From an uncultured Christensenella sp. (GTDB lineage: Bacteria > Bacillota > Clostridia > Christensenellales > UBA1242): a stretch of DNA of 64,000 nt. The stretch spans positions 111,758-175,757 of the forward strand of contig CASGDZ010000002.1 of assembly GCA_949300385.1 (NCBI GenBank). Direction: 5' to 3'. The number at the start of each line of letters is the position of its first letter. Position 1 is the first letter of the stretch. Below are positions 50,908-60,879 of the stretch, piece by piece. A program made the translations under genes and the position numbers. The notes beneath the pieces are model-generated. The model was not told the DNA's origin, ran no database searches, and saw only the letters and a list, made by a program, of their open reading frames with translations.

Positions 50908-51093
50908 ATGGCAAGAAAAGCAATGGTTAATAAACAGAAAAAAGAGCAAAAATTCACAACTCGTGAGTATACGAGATGTTCTATTTGTGGCCGTCCACAC
51001 GCTGTACTTAAGAAGTATGGAATTTGCAGAATTTGTTTTAGAAATTTAGCACACAAAGGTGAAATACCTGGTGTTAAGAAGTCTAGTTGGTAA
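50908..51093 (+). CDS. rpsZ: 30S ribosomal protein S14 (type Z)
   Basis: RCSICGRP...CRICFR...IPGVKKSSW; 61 aa. Confidence 0.97.
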   Translation: MARKAMVNKQKKEQKFTTREYTRCSICGRPHAVLKKYGICRICFRNLAHKGEIPGVKKSSW

Positions 51094-51105
51094 AAGGAGA
51101 AAGTT

Positions 51106-51504
51106 ATGTTAAGTATAGACCCAATCGCAGATATGCTTACTCGTATTCGTAATGCGAATTCAAATAAGCATGAGAGTGTACTTGTTCCAGAATCAAAGAC
51201 AAAACGCGCTATCGCTGACATCTTAAAGAATGAGGGATTCATTACTTCATATACAACAAAAGAAGTTGACGGCGTTAAGATGATGGAAATCGCTCTCAAA
51301 TATGGTCCTAATGGCGAAAAAGTCATTCAAGGTCTTAAAAGAATTAGCAAACCGGGCTTAAGAATTTATGCTAACGTAGAACAACTCCCAAAAGTTCTTA
51401 ACGGCTTAGGTATTGCTATAGTGTCTACTAGCAAAGGCATTATGACAGATAAAAATGCTAGAAAATTAAATGTAGGTGGCGAAGTGCTCGCCTATGTATG
51501 GTAG
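51106..51504 (+). CDS. rpsH: 30S ribosomal protein S8
   Basis: [21 protein letters not shown] and GGEVLAYVW motifs. Confidence 0.99.
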   Translation: MLSIDPIADMLTRIRNANSNKHESVLVPESKTKRAIADILKNEGFITSYTTKEVDGVKMMEIALKYGPNGEKVIQGLKRISKPGLRIYANVEQLPKVLNGLGIAIVSTSKGIMTDKNARKLNVGGEVLAYVW

Positions 51505-51515
51505 AGAGGTGTAAT

Positions 51516-52061
51516 ATGTCAAGAATCGGAAAATTACCTATCTCAATCCCCGCTGGAGTTACAGTTGAGGTTAATGGTCATGTTGTTACCGTTAAAGGTC
51601 CAAAAGATACATTAACTCAAGAAGTTTCTTCTAATGTAACAGTAGAAGTTAAAGACAACGAAGTACTTGTTACTCGCAATGATGAAACTACTGACTCTAA
51701 CGCAAAACAAGGTCTTTATAGACAATTAATCCACAATATGGTTACTGGCGTTAAGGACGGATTTAAAAAGTCTTTAACAGTACAAGGTGTTGGTTATAAA
51801 CTTAATAAACAAGGCAACAAGATTGTTATGAACTTAGGTCTTAGCCATCCAGTTGAATTTTATGAAGTTGAAGGAATCAAACTCGATGTTCCAGACAACA
51901 ACACTATCATAGTTAGTGGTGCTAACAAAGAATTAGTTGGTGCAATCGCTGCAAAAATCAAAGCATTGCGTCCAATCGAGCCTTACCATGGCTACGGAAT
52001 TCATTACACTAATGAACCTGTAATTTTAAAACCTGGTAAGTCTGCAGGTAAAAAGAAGTAG
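51516..52061 (+). CDS. rplF: 50S ribosomal protein L6
   Basis: MSRIGKLPI, GVGYK and EPYHGYGI motifs. Start moved to ATG 51516. Confidence 0.98.
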   Translation: MSRIGKLPISIPAGVTVEVNGHVVTVKGPKDTLTQEVSSNVTVEVKDNEVLVTRNDETTDSNAKQGLYRQLIHNMVTGVKDGFKKSLTVQGVGYKLNKQGNKIVMNLGLSHPVEFYEVEGIKLDVPDNNTIIVSGANKELVGAIAAKIKALRPIEPYHGYGIHYTNEPVILKPGKSAGKKK

Positions 52062-52072
52062 GAGGTTAAGTT

Positions 52073-52441
52073 ATGATTAACAAGGTAAATAAGAATAGCC
52101 AAAGAGTTAAACGCCATGTTAGATTGCGTCATAACTTATCTGGTACTAGCAAATGCCCTCGTTTGAATGTATATAGAAGTTTATCTAATATATATGCTCA
52201 AATCATTGATGATGAAAAGGGTATCACATTAGTCGCTTGTAATACTACTCAAAAAGAGATTAAAGACAAGATTAAAGATATGACTAATAAAGAGCAAGCA
52301 AGATTTATTGGTGAAGAGATCGCCAAACTTGCTAAAAAGAAGAAAATCAGCGAAGTCGTTTTCGACAGAGGCGGATATTTATATACTGGACGAGTTAAAG
52401 AACTTGCTGACGGCGCTAGAGCCGGTGGCTTGAAATTTTAA
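52073..52441 (+). CDS. rplR: 50S ribosomal protein L18
   Basis: PRLNVYRS and VVFDRGGYLYTGRVKELADGARAGGL motifs. Confidence 0.99.
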   Translation: MINKVNKNSQRVKRHVRLRHNLSGTSKCPRLNVYRSLSNIYAQIIDDEKGITLVACNTTQKEIKDKIKDMTNKEQARFIGEEIAKLAKKKKISEVVFDRGGYLYTGRVKELADGARAGGLKF

Positions 52442-52450
52442 GGAGAGATT

Positions 52451-52969
52451 ATGGCACAACAAAAGCGTGAATTTAGAAAACCAAGAATGGAAGAAAAAGA
52501 CGAATTTGACAAGAAGATGCTTGCTGTCCGCCGTGTAACAAAAGTTGTTAAGGGTGGCCGTACAATGCGTTTCTCTGCCTTAGTCGTTGTTGGTGATAAG
52601 AAAGGTAGAGTTGGTATGGGTATCGCTAAGGCTAGCGAAGTTCCTACTGCTATCGATAAGGCTACAAAAGCTGCTAAAAAATCTCTTATTACTGTTCCAG
52701 TTATAGACGGCACTATTCCACATGAAGTTATAGGTAAATTTGCTAAAACTAGCGTAAAAATGCTTCCTTCTAAGAAAGGTAGCGGACTTATAGCAGGTGG
52801 TGCTGCGCGTACAGTATTTGAAATGGCAGGTTATACTGATATTACTGCAAAAATTTATGGTTCAACAGACAAAATCAATGTTGTTAGAGCAACTCTTAAT
52901 GGTTTGAAGACTTTGAGAACAAAAGAGCAAGTTGCTATGCTTCGTGGTAAATCTGTTGAAGAGATTTAG
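52451..52969 (+). CDS. rpsE: 30S ribosomal protein S5
   Basis: RVTKVVKGGR..RFSALVVVGD motif. Confidence 0.99.
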   Translation: MAQQKREFRKPRMEEKDEFDKKMLAVRRVTKVVKGGRTMRFSALVVVGDKKGRVGMGIAKASEVPTAIDKATKAAKKSLITVPVIDGTIPHEVIGKFAKTSVKMLPSKKGSGLIAGGAARTVFEMAGYTDITAKIYGSTDKINVVRATLNGLKTLRTKEQVAMLRGKSVEEI

Positions 52970-52977
52970 GAGGACTT

Positions 52978-53175
52978 ATGGCTAAGAAACAATCTAAAAC
53001 TATTAAAGTGACTTATGTTAAGAGTGCTATCGGTTTTGACAAGCGCCAAGGAAAAATAGTTGAAGCCCTTGGGTTTAAGAAACTTGGTCAAACTCGTGTC
53101 CTTCCAGACAATGAATGTATAAGAGGTAGCATCTTCAAAGTAAAGCACTTGTTAAAAGTGGAAGAAGAGGCGTAA
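52978..53175 (+). CDS. rpmD: 50S ribosomal protein L30
   Basis: KSAIG...ALGFKK...[16 protein letters not shown]. Confidence 0.95.
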   Translation: MAKKQSKTIKVTYVKSAIGFDKRQGKIVEALGFKKLGQTRVLPDNECIRGSIFKVKHLLKVEEEA

Positions 53176-53185
53176 AGGAGAAATT

Positions 53186-53632
53186 ATGTATATACACGAT
53201 TTAAGAAATGCAGAAGGTGCTAAACAGTCTAAGAAAAGATTAGGTCGCGGTATCGGTAGCGGTATCGGTAAGACTTCTGGTAAAGGTCATAAAGGTCAAA
53301 ACGCTCGTTCGGGCGGTGGCGTTCGTCCAGGATTCGAAGGCGGACAAAATCCTTTATATCGTAGACTACCTTCTAAGGGATTTAGCAATGCTAAATTTAA
53401 GAAAGTATATTCAGTTGTTAATGTGTCAAGCCTTAATGTGTTCGAACCAAACACTGAAGTTGACGCAATAAAACTTCTTGAATCAGGAATCCTTTCAAAA
53501 GTTGAAAAGGACGGTATCAAGATTTTAGGTAATGGTGAATTAAAGGTTGCATTAAAAGTTGTTGCTAACAAGTTCACTAACTCAGCAAAAGAAAAGATTA
53601 TGGCACAAGGTGGCAGTGTAGAGGAGGTATAA
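53186..53632 (+). CDS. rplO: 50S ribosomal protein L15
   Basis: [27 protein letters not shown] and [13 protein letters not shown] motifs. Confidence 0.99.
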   Translation: MYIHDLRNAEGAKQSKKRLGRGIGSGIGKTSGKGHKGQNARSGGGVRPGFEGGQNPLYRRLPSKGFSNAKFKKVYSVVNVSSLNVFEPNTEVDAIKLLESGILSKVEKDGIKILGNGELKVALKVVANKFTNSAKEKIMAQGGSVEEV

Positions 53633-54942
53633 TGTTTAAGACATTAGCTGACGCTTTTAAGATTAAAGAGGTTAGGAATAAGTTACTTTTAACTTTACTT
53701 CTACTCTTTATCTATCGCCTTGGTTGCTGGCTACCTATCCCGGGTATCGATGCTGAGGCACTTGGAGTAAGCGTTGAAGGAAATACCTTTTTAAGCTTAC
53801 TTAGTTCAGTGAGTGGTGGTGCGCTTAGTCAAGGGTCATTTCTTGCATTAGGTGTTTCGCCATATATCACATCATCAATTATAGTTCAACTTCTTGCTAT
53901 GGTTATACCTAGTTGGCAAAGACTTGCCAAAGAAGGTGGAGCGGACGGCAGGAAGAAGATTAGTCAATATACAAAAGTAACAGCATTAATTATTGCGCTT
54001 GCACAGGCAATCGGTATAGCTGTTGGTTTCGGCACTGCAGATAGCGTTAACTTAAATGTTTTCGGCGGTAGCGAAGTCGTATGCTATATGTTCATTGTGC
54101 TTATGCTTGTCGCTGGTGCTATGTTTACCGTTTGGCTAGGTGAAAAAATCACTGAAATAGGTATCGGCAATGGTATGTCTTTACTTATTTTCGTAGGTAT
54201 TTTGTCTAGTGCAGCTAGCGCTATCATGGGTAATTTCAGCGATTTGGCAGTTGGCGGAGAAACTACTCAAAGAGCAGTATGGCAATTAGTTTTGTTCGTA
54301 GTAGCCCTTATCGCAATATTTGCCCTTGTCGTATTTGTAGACGGCGGGGAAAGAAAAGTTGGAGTTCAATACGCTAAACAAATGAAGGGTAGAAAGATGT
54401 ATGGTGGACAATCAACCTATATCCCTATTCGCGTAAATGCAAATGGGGTTATGCCTATCATTTTAGCGAGTGCAGTATTGACTTTCCCACAATTAATAAT
54501 GAGCATTTTCTGGCCTAATTCTACTAATGGATTTATAACATGGTGGAACACATATTTAGGTGCAGGTTCATGGGCTTATGCTGTATTAATGGCATTATTA
54601 ATTTTAGCGTTCGCATACTTCTGGACTATGGTTCAGTTTGATACAGAAGAAATTAGTAGAAGTATACAACAAAATGGTGGATTTATACCAGGTATTAGAC
54701 CGGGTAAACCTACTGCTCAATATTTGAGCGGAATAAATAAGAAAATTACATTATTTGGTGCTATCTTCTTAGCTTTCATGGCACTCATCCCTACATTATT
54801 ATTCACAGCAATAGGTACGGGTGGCTTGAATAGTGCTTTCAGTGCTACAGGTATGTTAATCGTTGTATCAGTTGCACTTGAATTCGATAAGCAGTTAGAA
54901 GCTCAAATGATGATGAGAAATTATCGCGGATTTTTAAAATAG
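53632..54942 (+). CDS. secY: Preprotein translocase subunit SecY
   Basis: LGVSPYITSSIIVQLL, GIGNGMSLLIF and GGFIPGIRPG motifs; multiple TM helices. Confidence 0.99.
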   Translation: MFKTLADAFKIKEVRNKLLLTLLLLFIYRLGCWLPIPGIDAEALGVSVEGNTFLSLLSSVSGGALSQGSFLALGVSPYITSSIIVQLLAMVIPSWQRLAKEGGADGRKKISQYTKVTALIIALAQAIGIAVGFGTADSVNLNVFGGSEVVCYMFIVLMLVAGAMFTVWLGEKITEIGIGNGMSLLIFVGILSSAASAIMGNFSDLAVGGETTQRAVWQLVLFVVALIAIFALVVFVDGGERKVGVQYAKQMKGRKMYGGQSTYIPIRVNANGVMPIILASAVLTFPQLIMSIFWPNSTNGFITWWNTYLGAGSWAYAVLMALLILAFAYFWTMVQFDTEEISRSIQQNGGFIPGIRPGKPTAQYLSGINKKITLFGAIFLAFMALIPTLLFTAIGTGGLNSAFSATGMLIVVSVALEFDKQLEAQMMMRNYRGFLK

Positions 54943-54950
54943 GAGACGCA

Positions 54951-55565
54951 ATGAATATCGTTCTTTTAGGAATACAAGGTTCAGGTAAAGGTACGCTTGT
55001 ATCAAATTTAGAAGGTAAATTAGATTTTACATTAATTTCGGTTGGACAACTTCTTAGAGAAGAAGTCGCAAGCGGTTCTAAGTTAGGTGAAAAAATTCAC
55101 AACGCACAGACAAAAGGACTTTTAGTCGACTTTGATATCGTTATGGATATTCTTTCAAAACGCTTAAATTCAAATGTAAAAGACAACATTATCTTCGATG
55201 GATTTCCTAGAAATTTAGAGCAAGCGATTGCCTTTGATAAAATTGTAGATTTAGACTATGTAATTTATTTAAATCTATCAAAAGATATCGCACAAGAGCG
55301 TTTAGTTAATAGACTTACATGTTCAAAATGTGGATATATAACTAGAAAGAGCGATGTTAATAGCAATATATGTCCAAAATGCGGTGGAGAACTTACAACG
55401 CGTGCGGACGACACTCCAGACGGGATAAAAAAGCGAATTGAAGTCTATGAAAAAGAGACTAATCCGTTGATATATCTATATCGTTCGCGCGGTAAACTAG
55501 TCGAAATCGACGCTAGTAAAACACCAAACGAAATTTTAAACGATGTTTTAAAGGTGATAGGATGA
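54951..55565 (+). CDS. adk: Adenylate kinase (Zn-finger LID)
   Basis: GIQGSGKGT P-loop, DGFPR, CSKC/CPKC and RADD; follows secY. Confidence 0.93.
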   Translation: MNIVLLGIQGSGKGTLVSNLEGKLDFTLISVGQLLREEVASGSKLGEKIHNAQTKGLLVDFDIVMDILSKRLNSNVKDNIIFDGFPRNLEQAIAFDKIVDLDYVIYLNLSKDIAQERLVNRLTCSKCGYITRKSDVNSNICPKCGGELTTRADDTPDGIKKRIEVYEKETNPLIYLYRSRGKLVEIDASKTPNEILNDVLKVIG

Positions 55566-56308
55566 ATATTACTATTAAAAACAACGAAGAGATAGAGAAA
55601 ATGCGTATTGCTGGCAAGATTTTAAAGCAGACGCTAGACTTAATCGAGTCCTCTATTTATCCAGGCCAAACCACTTTGCGCCTTAATGATTTGGCTTATC
55701 AATATATTATTTCCCAAGGCGCACAACCTTCCTTTTTAAACTATGAGGGCTTTCCATACACTATCTGTGCTAGTTTAAATGATCAGGTAGTGCACGGATT
55801 TTGCACCGATGTACCTTTAAAAGATGGCGACATAATTAGTATAGATTGTGGCGTCATCTATCAAGGATATCATAGCGACGCGGCAAGGACTTTCCCTGTG
55901 GGAACTATCTCACGAGAGAAACAAGAGTTAATTGAGGCTACTAAACAGTCATTCTTCGAAGGTATAAAAGATATAAAGGCTGGATCTAGATTAGGTCATA
56001 TCAGTCATAAGATTCAAATGTACCTTGAAGGACATGGCTATGGCGTAGTACGCGAATTAACAGGACATGGAATTGGAACGCATTTGCATGAAGATCCGTA
56101 TGTCCCTAATTATGGCAAATACAATTCAGGTATTGTACTTTGCGAAGGTATGACCTTAGCAATCGAACCGATGTCTACTTTGGGCAAGCGCGATGTATTC
56201 TTAGAAGACAATGATTGGACGGTTACCACATGGGATGGTAAGCCTAGCGCCCATTATGAGAATACTGTTCTTATAACAAAAGATGGAGTAGAAATTCTAA
56301 CCTTGTAG
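55562..56308 (+). CDS. map: Type I methionine aminopeptidase
   Basis: VVHG, DCG...HSDAART, GHGIG...HEDP, AIEPM and SAHYENT motifs. Confidence 0.98.
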   Translation: MNITIKNNEEIEKMRIAGKILKQTLDLIESSIYPGQTTLRLNDLAYQYIISQGAQPSFLNYEGFPYTICASLNDQVVHGFCTDVPLKDGDIISIDCGVIYQGYHSDAARTFPVGTISREKQELIEATKQSFFEGIKDIKAGSRLGHISHKIQMYLEGHGYGVVRELTGHGIGTHLHEDPYVPNYGKYNSGIVLCEGMTLAIEPMSTLGKRDVFLEDNDWTVTTWDGKPSAHYENTVLITKDGVEILTL

Positions 56309-56315
56309 GAGTTTT

Positions 56316-56591
56316 ATGAATAGTGAATTCATAGCAGGAGATATAGTTAAATCACTTAAAGGACACGATAAAAATAAGGTTTTTATTGTACTATCTATTG
56401 ACAAAAACGGATATATCGCTATAATAGATGGTAGGACTAGAATTCGTGATAAAATTAAGATGAAAAATCCTAAGCATTTAATAAAAATTGCTCACGATGA
56501 AGAAATTTTAAAAAAAGCAAATTCAACTATATGTACCGAGCGAGAAATCTACAATGCGATTAAGAAATATCAGTCTAGTGTAAAGGAGTAA
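56316..56591 (+). CDS. KOW-domain (L14e-like) RNA-binding protein
   Basis: [12 protein letters not shown]...DGRTR...KMKNPKHL; conserved map-KOW-infA position. Confidence 0.85.
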   Translation: MNSEFIAGDIVKSLKGHDKNKVFIVLSIDKNGYIAIIDGRTRIRDKIKMKNPKHLIKIAHDEEILKKANSTICTEREIYNAIKKYQSSVKE

Positions 56592-56593
56592 AA

Positions 56594-56827
56594 ATGTCGA
56601 AAGAAGATGTTATCGATGCTGAAGGCGAAGTTGTTGAAGTCTTAGGCAATTCTAACTTTAAAGTTAAGATAATGAACGACCACATCATAATTGCCTATAT
56701 CTCTGGAAAATTGCGCGCTAATAAAATTAGAGTGCTAATAGGAGATAAGGTAAAGGTAGAGATGAGTCCATACGACTTAACTAAGGGCAGAATCGTTTGG
56801 CGTGATAAAAACAATTCTTATAAATAA
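56594..56827 (+). CDS. infA: Translation initiation factor IF-1
   Basis: MSKEDVI...ISGKLR...[18 protein letters not shown]. Confidence 0.98.
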   Translation: MSKEDVIDAEGEVVEVLGNSNFKVKIMNDHIIIAYISGKLRANKIRVLIGDKVKVEMSPYDLTKGRIVWRDKNNSYK

Positions 56828-56855
56828 TATCAGTTTATAACAAAAAGGAGAAATT

Positions 56856-56972
56856 ATGAAAGTACGACCATCTGTTAAACCTATGTGCGAAAAGTGTAAA
56901 GTCATTAAGCGTAACGGCAGAGTTATGGTTATTTGCTCTAAGAACCCTAAGCACAAACAGCGCCAAGGTTAA
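56856..56972 (+). CDS. rpmJ: 50S ribosomal protein L36 (absent from the ORF track)
   Basis: Translated by hand: [47 protein letters not shown]. Confidence 0.98.
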   Translation: MKVRPSVKPMCEKCKVIKRNGRVMVICSKNPKHKQRQG

Positions 56973-57108
56973 CCGTTTTTACGGCAAAGGTATGCTCGAA
57001 TAGAACATGACTTTGAATTACGAGTTATTCTCGATAAAAATAAGCACAATGCTTCGCGGCAATTTGGCATTGTGAGAAGATAATATACAATTTAAGTGGA
57101 GGAAAGAT
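56973..57108 (+). ncRNA. Structured rpmJ-rpsM spacer (candidate S4-responsive ribosomal leader)
   Basis: Hairpins CCGT/ACGG, CGAG/CTCG and CACAATGC/GCATTGTG in the only long spacer of the cluster. Confidence 0.45.
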
Positions 57109-57477
57109 ATGGCACGTATATCAGGCGTGGATTTACCTAATGAAAAGAGAGTTGAAATTGGCTTAACCTATATCTATGGTATAGGCAGAGCAAGTGCAAA
57201 TAAAATTTTGCAAGCCACAGGCATCAATCCTGACACACGAGTTAAAGATTTAAGCGAGAGCGACATTGCTTCTATTCGTAAATATATAGAGGCTAATTTT
57301 GTTGTGGAAGGTGAGAAGCGTAAAGATGTTTCTCTAGACATTAAGAGATTAAAAGAAATTAGATGCTATCGTGGTCTTAGACATATCGCTAACTTACCAG
57401 TTCGTGGTCAGTCTAGCAAACAAAATGCGCGTACACGCAAAGGTCCAAAGAAGACCATAGCAAACAAGAAGAAGTAA
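57109..57477 (+). CDS. rpsM: 30S ribosomal protein S13
   Basis: [16 protein letters not shown] and LPVRGQ...NARTRKG motifs. Confidence 0.99.
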   Translation: MARISGVDLPNEKRVEIGLTYIYGIGRASANKILQATGINPDTRVKDLSESDIASIRKYIEANFVVEGEKRKDVSLDIKRLKEIRCYRGLRHIANLPVRGQSSKQNARTRKGPKKTIANKKK

Positions 57478-57489
57478 TAAGGAGTAAAT

Positions 57490-57879
57490 ATGGCTACTAA
57501 ACAAGAAACAAAAAAGAAGAAAATATTAGTTAGCAATGGTGAGGGTGCTGTACACATCTTCGCAAATTCTAACAATACCATCGTATCTTTAACTGATAGT
57601 CAAGGTAACCTTTTGGTTCAATGTAGTGCTGGTGCTTTGGGCAACAAAGGTGCTAAGAAAACTACACCTTTCGCAGCACAATCAGCTGTTGAAACAGCCT
57701 TAAAGAATATTGCAAATTACGGTATCACTAAGGTTGCTATCTATGTTAAGGGTGCAGGTAATGCGCGTGAGGCAGCAATCCGTGCAGTTGGTTCGGCTGG
57801 CGTTCAAGTTACTATGATTAAAGATGTTTCGCCTATCCCACACAACGGTTGTCGTCCACCTAAGAAGAGAAGATTATAG
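57490..57879 (+). CDS. rpsK: 30S ribosomal protein S11 (divergent)
   Basis: NNTIV, TPFAAQ and PIPHNGCRPPKKRR motifs. Confidence 0.97.
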   Translation: MATKQETKKKKILVSNGEGAVHIFANSNNTIVSLTDSQGNLLVQCSAGALGNKGAKKTTPFAAQSAVETALKNIANYGITKVAIYVKGAGNAREAAIRAVGSAGVQVTMIKDVSPIPHNGCRPPKKRRL

Positions 57880-57887
57880 GAGGAAAT

Positions 57888-58505
57888 ATGGCTAAAAATA
57901 CTAATCCAGATTGTAAGCAATGCCGTAGGGAAGGTTGCAAACTTTTCTTAAAAGGCGAAAGATGCCTTACAAAATGCTCATTCGATAAACGCCCAGCAAT
58001 ACCTGGACAACATGGCGCAGGAAGAAAGAAAGTTTCTGAATATGGCGTTCAATTGCGTGAGAAGAATAAAGTTCGTAGAGCATACGGCTTATTAGAAAAA
58101 CAATTTAGAATTTACTATGAGAAGGCTACTCGTAGCAAAGAAGCTACTGGTTGGGCTCTTCTTAAAATGCTTGAATTAAGACTTGACAATGTGGTTTATC
58201 GCTTAGGTTTAGGTTCATCTAGATCAGAAGCTAGACAAATTGTTAACCATGGTCACATTACTGTTAATGGCAAGAAAGTTAATATCCCTTCTTATCAAGT
58301 TAAAGTTGGAGATGTAATAGCTGTTAAAGATAGCAAGCAATCACTTGATATGTTCGCTAGTCTTAAAGGTGCTAAAGTTAATACACCTAAATGGCTTGAG
58401 TTCTCTTCTGACAGCTTGACAGGTAAAGTTTTAGCACTTCCTGAAAGAGATGATATTGATTTAGGAATTCAAGAGCACTTAATAGTCGAATTTTATTCAA
58501 GATAA
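57888..58505 (+). CDS. rpsD: 30S ribosomal protein S4
   Basis: CRREG.KLFLKGERC, LELRLDNVVYRLG and LIVEFYSR motifs. Confidence 0.99.
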   Translation: MAKNTNPDCKQCRREGCKLFLKGERCLTKCSFDKRPAIPGQHGAGRKKVSEYGVQLREKNKVRRAYGLLEKQFRIYYEKATRSKEATGWALLKMLELRLDNVVYRLGLGSSRSEARQIVNHGHITVNGKKVNIPSYQVKVGDVIAVKDSKQSLDMFASLKGAKVNTPKWLEFSSDSLTGKVLALPERDDIDLGIQEHLIVEFYSR

Positions 58506-58520
58506 TAGGAGAAATTAATT

Positions 58521-59477
58521 ATGATGGAAATCGAAAAACCAAAAATACTTTTGGAAGAATCTGAAAATGGCGCGAAAGCGATTATAACAGTCGAGCCTCT
58601 TGAGAAAGGATTTGGCATTACTATTGGTAACATGTTGCGTCGTACACTTTTAAGTTCACTGCCTGGTGCAGCCATTGTTGGTGTAAAAATCAAGAATGTA
58701 CTACACGAGTTTTCAACTATCAAAGGTGTAAGCGAAGATGTGCCTGATATAATCCTTAATTTAAAGCAAGTCGCTGTTAAAACGGACAATACTGATGTAG
58801 ACTTTAAGGGTAAGATGACTCTAAAAGTAAAAGGTCCTGCTACCGTTTATGCTAAGGATATAGAGTGCGAGGACGGAATATCTGTTATCAATCCAGATTT
58901 GTATATCTGTACTATTGACGACGATGCCGACCTTGATATGACACTATATGTTGGTCGCGGCAGAGGTTATGTGCCTGCTAGTCAGAACAAAGATTATTCT
59001 GATGAAGTAGACTATATTGCAATCGATTCATTATTTACTCCTGTAAAACGCGTTAATTTTGAAGTTCAATCTAGCCGTGTTGGTCGAAATCTAGACTTTG
59101 ACAAATTGGTTTTGGATGTTCAAACTCGCGGAACTGTTAGCGCTAAAGAAGTTGTCGCTTTGTCTGCTAAACTTATCAACGATTATGCTACAATGTTTGT
59201 AGAACTTGTTGAAGGTATGGACGGCGTAAACATCCTTGTTGCTAGAAAAGAAGATGAAAGAACTAAATTATATGAAAAACCTATCGAGGAGATGGAACTT
59301 AGCGTTCGTAGTTATAACTGCTTGAAGCGTGCTGGTATCGAAACAATTGGCGACCTTGCTAAAAAGAGCCGTGCCGATATGATGAAAGTGCGCAACATGG
59401 GTGCAAAATCTATGGAAGAAGTTATTGCAAAGCTTGAAGCTCTTGGAATCGTCCTTGAAGGTAATGATAATTATTAA
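58521..59477 (+). CDS. rpoA: RNA polymerase subunit alpha
   Basis: [25 protein letters not shown] and [14 protein letters not shown] motifs. Confidence 0.99.
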   Translation: MMEIEKPKILLEESENGAKAIITVEPLEKGFGITIGNMLRRTLLSSLPGAAIVGVKIKNVLHEFSTIKGVSEDVPDIILNLKQVAVKTDNTDVDFKGKMTLKVKGPATVYAKDIECEDGISVINPDLYICTIDDDADLDMTLYVGRGRGYVPASQNKDYSDEVDYIAIDSLFTPVKRVNFEVQSSRVGRNLDFDKLVLDVQTRGTVSAKEVVALSAKLINDYATMFVELVEGMDGVNILVARKEDERTKLYEKPIEEMELSVRSYNCLKRAGIETIGDLAKKSRADMMKVRNMGAKSMEEVIAKLEALGIVLEGNDNY

Positions 59478-59491
59478 AGGAGAAAAGGGAC

Positions 59492-60001
59492 ATGAAAGTT
59501 AAGAAATTAGGTCGTCCAACCGAAGAAAGATTAGCTATAATGCGCAATCAAGCTACAGACCTTCTTTGGAAAGGCAAGATTGAAACTACCTTAGCGAGAG
59601 CAAAGTCTTTAAAGAGTTATGTAGAAAAATTGTTAACACTTGCAATCAATTCATACGAAGATGTTGTATCTGTACAAAAGTCTTTCGTTGATGCTAAGGG
59701 TGAAAAATCTACTCGTGAAGTTATGAACGATGGTCCAAAGAAACTTGCTGCGCGTAGAAAAATTACAGCTAAAACTTATTCTGTAAAGGAAGAGCGTAAA
59801 CCAGGTGAGAAGAAAGCCGATTATGTTGCGCGTATTGATAATATTAAAAACCCTTTACTTGAAAAAATATTTAATGTATACGCACCAAAATATGCTGAGC
59901 GCGCTAAAGAGTTAGGACAAAAGGGTGGATATACTCGTATTATAAAATTGGGTATTCGCAAAGGCGACAATGCAGAGATGGCTATTATAGAGTTAATTTA
60001 A
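59492..60001 (+). CDS. rplQ: 50S ribosomal protein L17 (long, internal insertion)
   Basis: KLGR...IETTLARAK and [23 protein letters not shown] motifs. Confidence 0.97.
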   Translation: MKVKKLGRPTEERLAIMRNQATDLLWKGKIETTLARAKSLKSYVEKLLTLAINSYEDVVSVQKSFVDAKGEKSTREVMNDGPKKLAARRKITAKTYSVKEERKPGEKKADYVARIDNIKNPLLEKIFNVYAPKYAERAKELGQKGGYTRIIKLGIRKGDNAEMAIIELI

Positions 60002-60015
60002 TTTACTCGACAAAC

Positions 60016-60040
60016 AAATGGGCATTTATGCTCATTTTTT
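60016..60040 (+). terminator. Terminator of the alpha operon
   Basis: AAATGGGCAT-tt-ATGCTCATTT followed by a T-run. Confidence 0.7.
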
Positions 60041-60064
60041 AAACTTACAAAAAAGGAAATTATT

Positions 60065-60634
60065 ATGTTAATTAAAAATATGTATAAATCTAATAAAAGT
60101 TATCCTATTTTACATGGTAAAGTAGGTGGCTACTGGTTCGAATTCGCAAATGGTAATCTAAGCAAAGTTTTTTACAATGCAAGAAACTTTGTGGCAGGTT
60201 TTGCAGCAGTTCAAGAATTTAATAATAGTGAATGGAGATTTTTAAATTTAAGAAACGCACTTTCTAGAGATAGTTATGTGACTGTAAATAATTATGATGA
60301 TCACAATGGTTTTGCCCATGTCATTTTATCTAAAGATAAAGCGATAGAAGGAGAAACGAATTTTCAGCGTGATTATATAGGCAGGTTATCAAATGGATTA
60401 ACAAGTTCGGGTCAGGCATTTTATTTGTACATAACAGGGCAACTCGATTGGAAAAACATGAAAATGAAATATTTCGATGATGAAAAGTTCATGCAAGCTG
60501 TAAAAAAAGAAGAGATGAGAAGATATCTAGCAAAAAATCCTAAAGCTACACGCGAAGAAAAACAAGATTTTTTAGCATTGTTAGACGAAAAGATCGCAAC
60601 TCTTTGTAGAGAAGAATTAAACAATAAAAAATAA
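60065..60634 (+). CDS. Hypothetical protein with degenerate WG-repeat-like segments and a helical C-terminus
   Basis: FYNARNFVAGFAAV...W.FL and Y..VNNY...NGFAHV resemble F-x-x-G-x-A-x-V WG repeats. Confidence 0.6.
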   Translation: MLIKNMYKSNKSYPILHGKVGGYWFEFANGNLSKVFYNARNFVAGFAAVQEFNNSEWRFLNLRNALSRDSYVTVNNYDDHNGFAHVILSKDKAIEGETNFQRDYIGRLSNGLTSSGQAFYLYITGQLDWKNMKMKYFDDEKFMQAVKKEEMRRYLAKNPKATREEKQDFLALLDEKIATLCREELNNKK

Positions 60635-60698
60635 AATTATTATCAAACTACAAAATGTTAAAAAGCCTGTATCGAATGATGAAATATTAAGTAAAAAT

Positions 60699-60723
60699 AT
60701 AGTCAACAAGTTTGACTATTTTT
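60699..60723 (+). terminator. Intrinsic terminator
   Basis: ATAGTCAA-caagt-TTGACTAT followed by a T-run. Confidence 0.7.
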
Positions 60724-60830
60724 ATTATTTATCTTAAATTGAATATAGATATATGAAAAATTATATTATAGAAATGAAATTATTTTAGATAATATTGTAT
60801 TCAAATTTAAAATGGATAAATAATTAAGTA

Positions 60831-60859
60831 TTGACAAATTATATATTTTTTGTTATCCT
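60831..60859 (+). promoter_or_regulatory. Promoter of the Fic gene
   Basis: TTGACA-17bp-TATCCT with extended TG. Confidence 0.65.
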
Positions 60860-60879
60860 AAAAACAAAAGGAAAGGTAA

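Noticed and set aside
59492..60001. Long L17 and the KOW gene as novelties
   Set aside because: Both are known features of clostridial ribosomal clusters and are useful only as taxonomic hints.
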